This document shows, one piece after another, positions 12,213 to 25,201 of a stretch of DNA of 64,000 nucleotides. The stretch is taken from NCBI GenBank assembly GCA_039545335.1, contig BCIN01000008.1, positions 755,528 to 819,527 of the forward strand, read 5' to 3'. Positions within the stretch are counted from its first letter, which is position 1. The number at the start of each line of letters is the position of its first letter. Under the pieces are notes generated by a model. The model did no database searches and was not told the origin of the DNA. It was given only the letters and a program-made list of their open reading frames with translations. Origin of the DNA: Kondoa subrosea. Taxonomy: Eukaryota. A program made the translations under genes and the position numbers.

Positions 12213-15200
12213 ATGCTTTCCCGATCAGCAGCTGCTAGAGCTGTTCAACCAAGTAGATTCACAAGATGTCACGCAAGACTAGCTTTGGTTTCAGCGACTC
12301 GCGTTCTACCGAGTCTGAGACGAGGACTAGCCACTCCCGCTAATGGTGTGTCCCTCTGTCACTGTACCAGGGAATACGTTGACTGATACGTTGTGGTTAT
12401 ACCAGAACCAGCTAAAGCTCCTTCGCCGAGTGATTCATTCGTGAGTTTCAACATAATGCACAACTTAAGAGGCAGTGCTTATATTCCCCATATTTTCTAC
12501 TCACAAGGCTACATCAAACAATGCCTACTGTATGTCATCATCTGCTTCATGAGCGTTTCGAGCTCTAAGTTATCTTGTTTGCAACATACAGACGCCGAAG
12601 AAATGTACCGACTTTGGCGAGGTGACAGACAATCCGTTCATCCTTCTTGGGATGTGTATTTCTCTGGCATGGATCAAGGTTTGAAGAGTGAAGACGCTTA
12701 CAGACCACCACCTTCTTTAGTCAGTATGCCTACTCCTGCTGATGGTGCACCTACAATGTCTATTCCATCTGGAGGTGGAGAATTGGAAGATCACATGAAG
12801 GTCAGTAACTCAAATTTGCTTCTCTAGAGAACAAGCTAACCGAACATCATTAGGTCCAATTATTAGTGCGAGCATATCAAGTCAGAGGTCATCATAAAGC
12901 GAAATTGGATCCTCTAGGCGTAACGGCAGCAGATCTGAATGACGAAATACCTAAAGAATTGGAACTAGCGCACTATGGATGGACTGAGAAAGATTTAGAT
13001 AAAGAGATCGCTCTCGGTCCTGGTATCTTACCTCGATTTAAGAACAATGGCCGAACAAAGATGAAGATTAGGGAGATCATTGATGATCTTGAACGCATCT
13101 ACTGCAAGTCGATTGGTGTTCAATACGTACATATTCCTTCAAGAGAACAATGTGACTGGATCAGAGAACGACTGGAAGTACCTAAACCTTGGGCCTACTC
13201 TGTTGAAGAGAAGCGATTAGTTCTTGATCGATTAATCTGGTCAGACTCCTTTGAAAGATTCGTTGCTTCAAAATATCCCAACGAAAAGCGATTCGGTTTA
13301 GAAGGTTGCGAAACTTTGATTTTGGGAATGAAAGCTTTGATTGATCGATCGGTCGATACTGGTGGTGTGAAGAGCGTTGTTATTGGTATGCCTCATCGTG
13401 GACGACTCAATGTTCTAGCCAATGTTATTCGAAAACCGAACGAAGCCATCTTTTCTGAATTCAAAGGCTCAAATGCAATGGGTGATCTTGCCGAAGGTGG
13501 TGGTGATGTCAAATATCATTTGGGTGCAAATTACGTTAGACCTACTCCTTCAGGCAAACAAGTCGCTCTTTCCTTGGTCGCCAACCCTTCGCATCTAGAA
13601 GCTGAAGATCCAGTCGTTCTTGGTAAAACTAAAGCCATTCAACACTTCGATGGCAATGACGATATCGCTTCTGCTATGGGTGTTTTGCTACATGGTGATG
13701 CCGCTTTCGCTGGTCAAGGTGTTGTTTACGAAACAATGGGTTTCGCCGATTTGCCAAACTATACTACTGGTGGAACCATTCACCTGATTGTCAATAACCA
13801 GAGTGAGTCTTGTTCTTTCACATTGCATATACCAACGTTGACTCCAAACGACAGTCGGCTTCACTACTGATCCTAACCAAGGCCGATCTACCCCTTACCC
13901 ATCTGATATCGCCAAGTCTATCGATGCTCCTATCATTCACGTCAATGGTGATGATGCTGAAGCTGTCTCTTTCGTCTGTCAACTTGCTGCTGATTGGAGA
14001 TCCACTTTCCACAAAGACATCGTTGTCGATATTGTTTGCTACCGTCGGCATGGACACAACGAAACTGATCAACCTTCCTTCACGCAACCTTTGATGTAGT
14101 AAGTAACGCCTCACTTGCTTGTCCTTGTTCTGGGGGCTGATGTTATAATTCCTTTTTAGTGCTGCTATTGAGAAACATCCGCCTACACTTGAAATTTACG
14201 CGAAAGCTTTGGAAGAAGAAGGAAGTTTCACTCAAGATGAAATCAAGAAGCACAAGGATTGGGTATGGAGCACTTTAGACAAAGCTGTCAGTCATATTTC
14301 CGCTTTGCAAAGGCTTTGCTTAGCTGAATGATGTCTCGACAGTGGGAAGCATCTAAAGACTACCAAACATCTTCTCGAGAATGGCTTTCTTCAGCATGGG
14401 AAGGGTTCCCTTCGCCAAAAGAACTGAAAGACAATGTCTTGACTGCTTACACTACGGGAGTCAAGCCTGAGACGTTGCAAAGCATTGGAAAAGTCATCTC
14501 AAGCTGGCCAGAAGGTTTCGAGCCACACAAAAACTTGCAACGAATTCTCAAAAACCGAGGCAAGACTATTGAAGAAGGCAAAAACATTGATTATTCTACT
14601 GCTGAAGCTTTAGCTTTCGGTACTCTTGCACTAGAAGGCAATCATGTTCGTCTTTCTGGTCAAGATGTGGAAAGAGGTACTTTCAGTCAAAGGCACGCTG
14701 TTCTGCACGATCAGAAAACCGACGACAAATATACCGCTTTGAACAACTTGTCTCCCGATCAAGCGAAACTTATGATTTGCAACTCTCACTTGTCCGAATT
14801 CGGCACGCTTGGTTTCGAGTTGGGTTATTCACTAGTGGATCCCTCTTTGCTGGTCATTTGGGAAGCTCAATTCGGCGATTTGTCAGTTATTTTGTCTGCT
14901 CTTGTTGAGTATCAACTGATCAGATTCGAATATTGACAGCGCAAATAATGCTCAATGTATCATTGATCAATTCATCTGCTCTGGCGAGAGGAAATGGTAT
15001 CAAAGAACAGGTCTTGTTCTAAGTTTACCTCATGGGTGCGTATCGCATTCCGATTTGCCCGCACTGGGCTAAGGAATTACGCTTACTGCACAGCTACGAC
15101 GGTCAAGGTCCTGAACACTCTTCAGCTCGTATTGAGCGCTTCCTTCAACTCTGCGACGATCACCCATATCAATACCCTTCGGAACTTGCTTTGAGCCGCA

Positions 15201-16099
15201 CAACGCAAGATTGCAATATGCAACTGGTCTACCCAACCACTCCAGTCAGTTCTGTCCGTTTTTTTCATTGAAAATAAAAGTGATTTCTTTGATGGCAGGC
15301 AAATGTCTTCCATGCTCTGCGTCGTCAAATACATCGTGATGTGAGTCCGAGCAGAGAGATAAAGTCAGTGTGTATTGATTATCTCTTTGTTTGGCTTTAC
15401 AGTTCCGGAAACCGTGCGTTGAGCCAAGTTTTGAACCGATATGCTTACTGACATGTACTTGGCAGTCTCATTCTCTTCTTCTCCAAGAGTCTTCTGCGTC
15501 ATCCTCTAGCTCGTTCTACCATAGAGGACATGTCCGAAGGCACTCATTTCGTTCCATACATTCCAGATCCACATCCAGAAACGCTCGCACCAAAAGAAGA
15601 GATTCGAAGACACATTCTTTGCTCAGGACAAGTCTACTATGCTCTCTTGCAAGAAAGAGACCGAAGAGGAGATGAGTTGAAGGACATTGCTATTTCTAGA
15701 GTGGAACAGCTTTCACCTATTCCTTATGCTCTTCTTACACCTCATTTGGATCAATACCCAAATGCTCAACTGATGTGGGCTCAGGTGTGTAAAGCTTCTC
15801 GCGATGCAAAGAGAAAAGAAGCTCAAATGTTGTTTGGGTTAACAGGAAGAACCAATCAACAACGGAGCATGGAGTTATATGCAACCTAGATTAGAAACAG
15901 CAATGGATCAGACAGAGAACCATAAAGGCAAGAGAGTGGTGTATGCTGGTCGTGGACCAACTTCATCAGTTGCTACTGGTTCGTTGTCAATTGAAGTTCT
16001 GCTCGATGAGTGCTCATTCTCTTTTGATTTCCAACAGGTAACAAAGCTGCACACAAGGCCGAAACGGAGAAGATACTTGAGGATGCTTTCGCCGCGTGA
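12213..16099 (+). CDS. KGD1: 2-oxoglutarate dehydrogenase E1, mitochondrial
   Basis: 'KRFGLEGCE', '[11 protein letters not shown]', 'ANPSHLEA', '[10 protein letters not shown]', '[16 protein letters not shown]', '[14 protein letters not shown]'; Arg-rich N-terminal presequence. Confidence 0.97.
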
Positions 16100-16340
16100 G
16101 ACGAGACGAGACTTGAGTTCTGGATTGGATTGGATTGAGTGTCGTGATTTAGCAGAGCTAAATGTCATGAATTCTGTGGGAAATGGGCTTGATGGAATTA
16201 CACGGGCTCTTACTCAATGCATTTGCAAATTGCACTGTTGCACTGTAACACAATGTGCTAGGATGGGATGGACTGGCTATAATTTCATCATTTGTTGACC
16301 TACTCTTCCTTCCGACCGCGACTTTCTCACGCTTTGATCG

Positions 16341-17226
16341 ATGTCTACCAGTTCGCCTGAAGCTGAGAGGACTGAGCCATCAGCTAAAGCTCTAGGCAAA
16401 AGGAAAGCTCAAACCCAATCACCCGCGCCTGGATCAGAAACCGAATCAGAGCAAGATGTCCCTTTGGCCTCTTATTCATCAGCGAAGAAGAAGCTCAAGC
16501 CTACTACAACTGCTACTGTACCTCACCTGCAGCTGGATACACCTTCTAGCTCTTCCACTTACGACGCTTCTGAACTCATTCAAGAACCAGGAGATGAGGT
16601 CGTCGAGCCTTTATCAGCTGTACCTGCTCGATTAGCTCAAGACGATACACCTGTAGCAACAGCAACCGAAACTTCTGGTTCTTCAGATGATGAGATTCAG
16701 ATCATTCATTCTTCACCTCGTCGCAAACTGAAATCTCAAGCTCAAGTAATCTTGGACTTGACTGACGAAGACGATGAGGAAGGTGAAGAAGATAGTAACA
16801 AGAGTAAAGTCAAAGAGAATTTGGAAGGTGAAATGACTTTGGCTCCTTTTTATGCTACTACTTGTCCGATTTGTTTGGGTCAACCTTCACCTTTGGTAGT
16901 TACTCGTTGTGGTCATACTTTGTGCGTTTCTCTTCTGAAATGAGTAATTTACATTAGCTGAGGAAGATTGCAGCTGCGGATCATGTCTCTTTGCAGCACT
17001 TTCAACAGTCAATCAAGGTTATGAATACGAATACCGTTTCAACCCAGCTTTGATGGCTAAGAAAGAAGCAGCTGCTATTGGTACTTTATTGGATGGTCCT
17101 TGTCCGGTATGCAGAACTCAATTGACTGGTGGATGGGGTAAAGCGGCTAGAGGTTTAATGTGGAAAGTTAAGAGAAGAAGGAAAGGGAGAAAGGATGGAA
17201 AGAAATTGGATCAGGAGATTTTGTGA
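16341..17226 (+). CDS. RING-finger protein with SUMO-interacting-like motifs (Slx8/RNF4-like)
   Basis: 'CPICLGQPSPLVVTRCGHTL|CGSCL...CPVCR'; upstream hydrophobic-acidic motifs 'DDEIQII' and 'VILDLTDEDDEE'. Confidence 0.75.
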
Positions 17227-17460
17227 TTGGTTACTGGCAAGAGGATGATGTATGTATGCTTCTGCGGCTGCTTGTTTATGCTCGCTCATTATATATATAT
17301 TCAGTCTGTGTTGCGAATTTGGTTTCTTTTTCAGAATGCATTGTCAATCGAAACAGAAGTCAATGCTGGGCTCTTATCCTGCCTCGAAGTTCAGCAACAT
17401 CATCGATAGTGTGAGTCAACCACTTCTTCCTGTAGCGGCTCGGAAAGTCTCTCTTCCTTT

Positions 17461-17632
17461 AGCTGTGATCGATCAAAGTCAACCTGTCGTTCGTCTGTGG
17501 GACGTTGGATATGTGACTGGACTCGGCAGCTATCTTGTGGCCCTGCTGGAGCTTCTCTGCAATTGCCTTCGGTTGTACTCTACACAATGAACGTGTTGGC
17601 CGGTCATAAAGTGCTTCGGGAGAGCTACAGCT
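17461..17632 (+). ncRNA. Conserved structured intronic element, copy C
   Basis: In 326-nt intron 17411-17736; AGCTGT/GCAGCT and AGTCA/TGACT stems, CGTC-TGTGG-GACG, CTTCGGT 17567-17573, GCCGGTC 17599-17605. Confidence 0.7.
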
Positions 17633-17860
17633 GTTTTCGTATATTTCTCCTTTTTTTGGGTTTTACTTTTGCTGCCGCTGCTTCTTATATCCTTTCTTGC
17701 GTTTCCGTGTCTGACTATGTTTCTGGTTGTCTTTAGGGTCGTCCAAGCTAAGTCAATAATACAGTCGCTGAAGGCAATGCTCGATATTTTCCGCGACAGG
17801 ATTTGACTTCTGGACGTTTTCCTTGAGAGGGTTAGTGCTTTCTTTTTGCTGCCTATCTTC

Positions 17861-18031
17861 AGCTATGTCCGATCAAAGTCATCCGCGCATTTGTCTATGG
17901 GACGAATGGGAGTGTGACTCGACTCTACTTAGCTACTCTTTTGGCTCGTTGGAGATTTCTTGAGATTGCCTTCGGTCGCACTCTTACCAATTAATGTGCT
18001 GGCCGGTCAGAAAGAGCTTTCACGAAAGCTC
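17861..18031 (+). ncRNA. Conserved structured intronic element, copy D
   Basis: In 293-nt intron 17831-18123; AGCTATGT/ACTTAGCT, AGTCAT/GTGACT, CATTTGTC-TATGG-GACGAATG, CTTCGGT 17970-17976, GCCGGTC 18002-18008, GAGCTTT-CACG-AAAGCTC 18014-18031. Confidence 0.72.
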
Positions 18032-20594
18032 CAGCCCTTTTTCCTTTTCTTTTTACTGCTGCCGCTGCATTTTTGCTTTCGTGTCATTCATCTCAGCTGA
18101 GTGATTTTTCTTCGGGTCTGTAGCCTCAGGATCGTCAAGCTATCTTCCGCAAGATTCGACGACAAGTACAAACGGATGAGACTCACCCTCTGCATGCATT
18201 CTTTCAGTACTCTCGACATGTTCGTCTTTTGTCCTGCATAATCTCTACTTGGCTGACCTTTCTTGAACTAGCCCCGCACTACTGGAGCAAAGCCGAAACC
18301 AGGGCGAGAGAACAGGATATCACCTAGCAAAGATGCTAAAGGCAAGAAGCAACAAGCTATATCTGGTATGCTTCATGCTTCTTCACACTTCAAGTGTCTT
18401 ATTGTGAAACCTTTATAGCGACTAGAAGTCGTCAACCTGAAGAAGCTGAAGATATTGTTGCACCAGCTCCTTCTGTTCCTATTGCTTCTTCTTCCGCAGT
18501 TCCCGCAATGTCTTCTAGTGAGGCTTCTCCACTTACTATCTGAGCAGCTGCTAACATTCTCTTCCAGATCTCAATGAAATCACAGCTGAAGAATTTGCTC
18601 ATCTGATTTTGGATATCATCATGGTCATCACTAAAGCTCTGCGGAAAAAGCTCAATCTACCTGTCGCAAATTCCTATCGTCCAGTCATACCGGACCAAGA
18701 GCCACTTCGCTTCCTCTTCACTCGCAAACCGGACGGCACTCGAGCTTTCGATTATATAGATCAGGAAGATCTGATTGCTCTGCTGCGACTAGCTAGAGAT
18801 AAAAGGTCAGCTCTTTCTGATACTCAGATCAACATGGACTCACATTGCCTAAATAGACACATCGACGAGGACATGTTCAGCGAACAGAATTTCCTTCGCA
18901 ATCTCTTTTGTCATGGTACTTTTACTCAAGGCGTAGAGGCTGGCGCGGTCCTCCGAGTGATCACTGCTGCAATCATTTTATGCAATCAGCTTGGTCAGTC
19001 CTTTCCTTGCCGGTCATTTTAAGCAATTCCTCATTTGCTCTTGTTTTTAGGTGATGTAGAAGCTCGCAAGAAGATCTTTGAGCTGGAAAAGAACGTCGTG
19101 CAAAGACATTGGGAAAATCTACCTTCGACCCAATCTTCTGGATCTTCTTATGCTTCTTCTGCATCTTCCTCAACACCTTTAGAAGTACTCACAATAAGCA
19201 CAGAGTCTTCTTCTCCCTCCGACGCAGACAGCGATAGCTCTTGTATCGATTCGGCTCCGAAAGCGATACCTCTTCGCGGTCTAGCACCTCTTCTACCACA
19301 TCACTCAACACAACAATTAGCTCTGCAGCATGCTCTTGTTCTCATATCGATTATACAGTCGTCGATGAATCAGAAGAATGCGATCAAGTCGCTCAAATCT
19401 TGCTCTCTGCCTCTTCCTCTCGCAAACGCAAGTATTCAGAAGTGGTAGAAGAAGAGGAGCAAGAGGAAGAAGGAGAAGCAGGAGTTGTCCGTTCCAAAGC
19501 AGTTCAGACACCTTTTAGCCCAATCCGATACATCAAGCGATTGAAGAGAAGCATTGGTGCTGGAGTACAGGAGATCGGAGGAGCGCTGAAGAAGATGGGT
19601 GAAGCAGCAACGGATTTCTCGTAAATTTGCATTCTTTGTAAAGTATGGTTGTTAAGTTTTCTTGTATTTACACTGAAGAGAATCATATTTATATCGTTAA
19701 TGTAATATCATGCACTTACATTTGTTTGCTTACCTGTTGATATTGTTCCCTCTGAACCAGACATGCATATGGGTGTCTTGCTCAAAACCCAGAAACAGTG
19801 ACTTACCGAGAGCATGGCAACATATGTATAATGGCATAGGCTCATGGTAAGAAAATGAGCACGATTCCTCAGAAGTCATGGGCTACTGCCTAGAGCTGCA
19901 GCTACACAAGAAGCACTCAAACACATAAGAAACACTCGAAGAAAGAATACGCCTCGTGAGAACATGAAGGTATAGAAAGAGAGTTCTGGAGATTGATTGC
20001 GAAAATACAACCAGTAGAGAGAGGCAAGAAACGCAACGAATGGACGATAGAGACATGCATCGAAGATTGTATGGAAAGGTGAAGAAAACACTTGCATCGG
20101 GAAGCTCTATGAAGCTAAGCAAACTCACACAATGCAAGAGAGACAGAGAGTCGTCGCTGAGAAGAAGAGCCTCTTCCCTGCCAGCAGTTCTTCCGGTCCG
20201 GCATCCGACCTTCTGTGCTTCGGAGCTGCGACTCGTCGAGAGATGTCAGCGATGCTGTGACTGGTGAATATCCTACGACACCTATATCCACTCATCAGTA
20301 CCAGATCCGTCGCCTGCAAGGTCAAACTTCGATTGACAAAACGCTTTGTTGTCGTCCCTTCGTCGCGCGCTCAGGAATCGCTTGAACGCTGCTCAGCTCC
20401 CCCGGCATAGCTGGTAGCTCTCCTGTACAGCAACTACGAGACTCTTACTTCGCTATCCTCGCGGCTTCCAGTGAGCGACCTGTCGACAATGCACAGTGCT
20501 CTGCAAGTTCGATTCAAGTTTCTGCCCTCTTAAGAACCTCTCTCTTGCCTCTGCCATCAACAATCATATACATACAAGTCCGTAGACATAGCGC

Positions 20595-23500
20595 ATGACA
20601 GCAGAAAGCAACAACACAATCAACAATCCATCACCCGGAAGAAGTGCTGGTGCTCCTTCCTCGTCTATAGCCCATTCTCGACCTGCTTCTATAGTTGGAG
20701 CGCAGTATCGCAGTGTGCACGAGCATCGACCAAGAACTCCATCAAGCTCGAGTCAATTGGAAGGCAATATGGCTTCAAATTCGAATCAAGGCAAATCGCC
20801 AATCAATAGTCAAAGCAATAGCAGCTCTCGTTCTTCGCAGATCTACTCACCAGAATCATCTAACCTCTCATCCTCACCGCGACGGAACTACTTCACTCCA
20901 CCAACGAATTTCGAGGACGATTCCGCTTTGTCGCCTCGTTCAGTTCAGCAACCTCACTTTCCACCAGGCCGCTCTGAGTCACCACGAAGTATGTCGCATC
21001 ATGTTTCTCCTCAATATTCGCCCTCCTATGTTCCGACAGCTTCTACATCTAAACCTCCTTCACCTACTTCTAATCTTCAGCCTCATAATCACGATCATAC
21101 TCAACATGATCCAGAAACAAGTTCATCCAAGCTCAAAGCAAGTACAGGCGATTCTCGATCGGCTCCTCGAAGAAGACAATCTTCTGGTGGATCATCAGAA
21201 GGAAAATCTTCCTTGTCCAAGAGGGATGCTGCAGGAGAAAAGGAGAAACAAATATGCAACAAATGTCAATTACCTATACCTGGTCAATTTGTTCGAGCTT
21301 TGGGAACAGTTTTTCATCTCGATTGCTTCAAATGTCAAGACTGTGGGAAAGTGGTTGCCGCAAAATTCTTTCCTGTTGATGGACCACAAGGAACTCAGTA
21401 CCCTCTCTGCGAAACGGATTACTTTAGAAGACTGAATTTATTATGCGCGAAATGCGGTGGTGCTTTGCGAGGGTCCTATATCACAGCTCTAGGTTCGTTG
21501 TCGAGTTGATGTTTGCTCCCATGAGCTAATCTTGACCATGCAACGAACAGATATGAAATTCCATGTCGAGCACTTTACATGTTCGGTCTGTCCTACGGTC
21601 TTTGGTCCGCAAGATTCTTACTATGAACACTCTGGAGGCGTCTATTGTCATTATCACTACTCAACTCGTTTCGCTGTAAAGTGTACAGGCTGTCAAACAG
21701 CTATCCTCAAACAATTTGTTGAAATCAATCGATACGATAAAGATGAACATTGGCATCCTGAATGTTACATGATCCACAAATTCTGGAACACCAAACTTGC
21801 TCCTTCTGTTGCTGCTCCAATACGCAAAGGTTCAACAGATCTAGAAAAGGATCATAACGCTATAGAAAATGGAATAGCGATACCTGAATTAGCTCAAGGT
21901 TCTCAACCTTCAGATCCGAATGCTATTATGGATTACCGAATTCAAGAAGAAAGAGAAACATCTACTAGTCTAAAAGAAGCTCAACGGATGATGGAAGAGA
22001 AAGTTTATCGGATCTGGACTGTCTTGAGCACCTTTGAAGAATCCAGCGCAGCTTGTATATCGGAAATGCTTCGATATGTCAGCAATGGGCAATTCATGGA
22101 AGGCGTCAAGATGGCGGAGAAGTTTGTTTTGCATGTGGAAACGCTTTTCGCTGGCATTGATGATTTGATGGCTCGCTTTCGGTCCGCAAATGCTAAAGGT
22201 GCGTGGTATCTGGTTCTCGGCTGAAGGTCTGCTAATGGAAGAGAGCACATACAGAACCCTCCCATGTTCGCGAAGCTAGAATGCTTTGCAAGAAAATCGT
22301 CAACTTCTTCTCCCTTCTTTCCCATACTCAAGAAAATGGTACACGCAAGATTGGTCTACCTCAAGAACTCTTATCCCTGGTGACGGGTCTAGCTCATTAC
22401 CTCAAAATCCTAATTCGAATAGCACTAACTTCCGCCTTAAGATTAGAACGCGAATATGCCAAACCTACAGCAATAACACATTTCCTTAATCGTTTGGATC
22501 GTCTTGCTGGTGATCCAGACGCGTCTAAACCTACCCCAGTCTCCGTTCCCGCTTTACCTGGTGCTGAGGCGCCTTCACCGACTGATTCTGTCGCTTCCGG
22601 CCCTACGAAAGTCCGAACTTTCGGCTATAAGAGTTTAGCAAGAGGAGTAGGCACTCTTGTTGGTCAAGGAGAAGCTACTTCAGACCTTTGCGAAGTGTGC
22701 AAAGGAACGATAGAAGAAGATTGTGCTCGCTTAGGTACTTCTCTCCGATGGCACCTTGCTTGTCTTCGCTGTACATCTTGCGGAAGATGCGGTGGTCGGA
22801 CGAGAGAACAGCAAGATATGCCTCAAGAAACTCTTCCTCCTATTATTACTTTGCGAGAGTTCAGGATGGAACCTCCAAGGCAGGACCCTAACGCTCTACA
22901 TCTTCGACAGAGATCTGGAAGAACCTTCTGCGCTTCTTGTTGTAGTAGAACTGGCGTTCAATTGCGAGAAGGCTTTGAACCAGTCACAAGGCTCGAACAA
23001 TATGCTTTTCTTCTTTGCGTTGCGCTGAATAAATTGTACGCCCTGCTCAAGCAAAGAGGTGTTGTGCCTCCTTCGCCTAGTGAGTTCTGTCTCTCTCATC
23101 AGCACGAATTTATAACCAACATGGTATTGCAGCTGAATTTACAATGGAAAGCGAAGATGGGCGATCAGTCTATGAAGCATATCGAGATTCGGCAGATATC
23201 AAGCGCATGAAGTCAGTCAATCTCGATCGTAAGCTGTCGACTACAGCCAGAATACCGAAACGGTCGACCGTTGTTCAAAGCCCTACCGGTCGATCAGTCG
23301 AGTCAGAACAGCAACAGCAGCCTGCGCCTATACCAGACACCTCATTATCTCAACCAAAAAGTCTTCAACAGCAAGGCTCGGTTCCTTCCTCGCCGCCTCG
23401 ATCCAGCAGTAATCCTCGAGATAGGCATCCTGGCGAAAAACCGCCTCGACCGCCGCCTCTACCTCCAGATCGCTTCGTTGATCAGTCTCGGCCACACTTT

Positions 23501-25043
23501 GGCAGAAGTCTGACCGCAGTGCGAGTTGTGGACGATGGAGCACCATCACCTCAACTGGATCCTTCTTCTGCCTTTGCTTCTCCGCCAAACTCTGTAAATG
23601 AAGCTGGCATTACGTTGGCAGATCTACCTCAGGTCATGGAGGTAGAGAAAGCAAGAACAGAACATCGACCACCCCCTCGACCACCTCAAAGCATCTTGTT
23701 ATCTGAATTGTCGGCACTCGAGCTAATAGTAGTCAAGCATGCAGCAGCCCTGATGCTTGTCAGCGATACTTCTCCACTCAAGGACTTTATACAAATGGAA
23801 GAATTGATGGAGCTGGTCGAGTTCCGGAAGAACACATTTTGGGGAAAGATCTTCAAAGGCGGTCAAGATAAGAAAGTAGTCAAGAAGAAGGGCGTCTTCG
23901 GTGTTCCTCTTGAACTGCTCGTCGACAGAGGAGGCGTCGATTCGATGCTAGGCGCTGGCGCTGCTCCCGTTCGGGTGCCTACCTTCATTGATGAGGTGAT
24001 ATCAGCAATGAGGCAGATGGGTATGCAAATCTAATTGTTGCGATTCGGCTGCCTCTAAGACTTGTTCTAGATATGTCTGTCGAAGGCGTCTTCCGCAAGA
24101 ATGGCAATATTCGTAGACTGCGCGATCTGACGGAAGCATTGGACAAAGATCCAACTGCCGTCAATCTAGTGGATGACAATCCAGTCCAACTCGCAGCACT
24201 GCTCAAGAAGTTCCTCCGAGAGCTGCCGGAGCCGCTGCTGACATTCAAGATGCATCATCTGTTTATAGCTAGTCAGAGTGAGCAATCTCTCTACGTTGCA
24301 TGCCTTTAAATCTGATAAAGATGAACAGATATACAATCCACGGAACAGCGACTCCGAGTCTTACATCTCTTATGTTGTCTTTTACCCAAACCTCATCGCG
24401 ACACGATGGAAGTGGTCTTCATCTTCCTGAAATGGGTCGCCTCTTTCGCGCATGTGGACGAAGAGACTGGCAGCAAGATGGATCTGCCCAATCTCTCGAT
24501 CGTGATGGGTCCCAATATCCTCTACGCTAAAGGCAAGGATCCGTCGAAAGACGACAGTTTTGCTGGAATCCGAGCAATACAAGACCTGCTTGAAAACCAA
24601 GATCGCTTCTGGCAGGTGAGTCGGAATACGTCTAGATCAAGTCGCATTGCTGACTCTTGACGCCTTCTATTCACAGGTTCCAGCTGACATCCGAGGCGTC
24701 TTGGTGAATCAAGAGCTGCTCAATAATCCAGAAGTCCTTACCTCCAAAGATATCTTGAAACATTGTGGGTCTGGTCAATTGCAATGTTGAGTTCCCATGC
24801 TGACATTACTGTGCAGGTCGAGATTACATGGGCAAAATGAGTCAGCAACAGCAGCAGCATTCGCCTTCGCATCGAGGAGAAGTACAGCATCAGCATCCTC
24901 ATTACAACGCAGCACCTCCTTCCTCTAACGCCAATGGTCGACCTTTATCTTACCAAACTCAACCTCAGCATCCTCGTTCAGCCCAGCAACCTCTTTATCG
25001 ACCTAATACAGCTGATCAACTGAACCATCGACCAGCGTATTAA
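20595..25043 (+). CDS. LIM-domain Rho GTPase-activating protein (Lrg1/Rga1-like)
   Basis: Multiple LIM domains (CNKC..FHLDCFKC, CAKC..FHVEHFTC) and RhoGAP 'VEGVFRKNGNIRRL..AALLKKFLRELPEPLLT..SKMDLPNLSIVMGPNIL'. Confidence 0.93.
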
Positions 25044-25201
25044 GGCTTCTCTCCTTTCCCGTATTAGTGTTATCAGCATTTCAGGTAGTCATTGTTTGGT
25101 TTTGGGCGTGTTTAGCATTTATTTCTCTTCTTTCGTTCTATGTATGTGTAAAGGAGAGGAAAACTTGAAATGGCATCTTTAGCATTCAAACAGGTATCTT
25201 T

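Larger units (their letters stand above)
17336..19624 (+). pseudogene. Second HEPN-like-motif family member; apparent frameshifts (17.74-17.83 kb and ~19245), so a pseudogene or assembly indels; 5' end uncertain
   Basis: Aligns to the 7173 gene: RYFP/PYFP, IFRKIRRQVQTDETHPLHAFFQY, EEFAHLILDIIMVITKALRKKLNL, SEQNFLRNLFCHGTFTQG, IFELEKNVVQ, RKRK, terminal DFS*. Confidence 0.65.

Noticed and set aside
17861..18031. Element as an H/ACA or C/D snoRNA, TPP riboswitch, HDV/hammerhead ribozyme or group II intron domain V
   Set aside because: No consistent ANANNA/ACA, RUGAUGA/CUGA, TPP or catalytic-core consensus across the five copies by eye; an Rfam scan is still needed.
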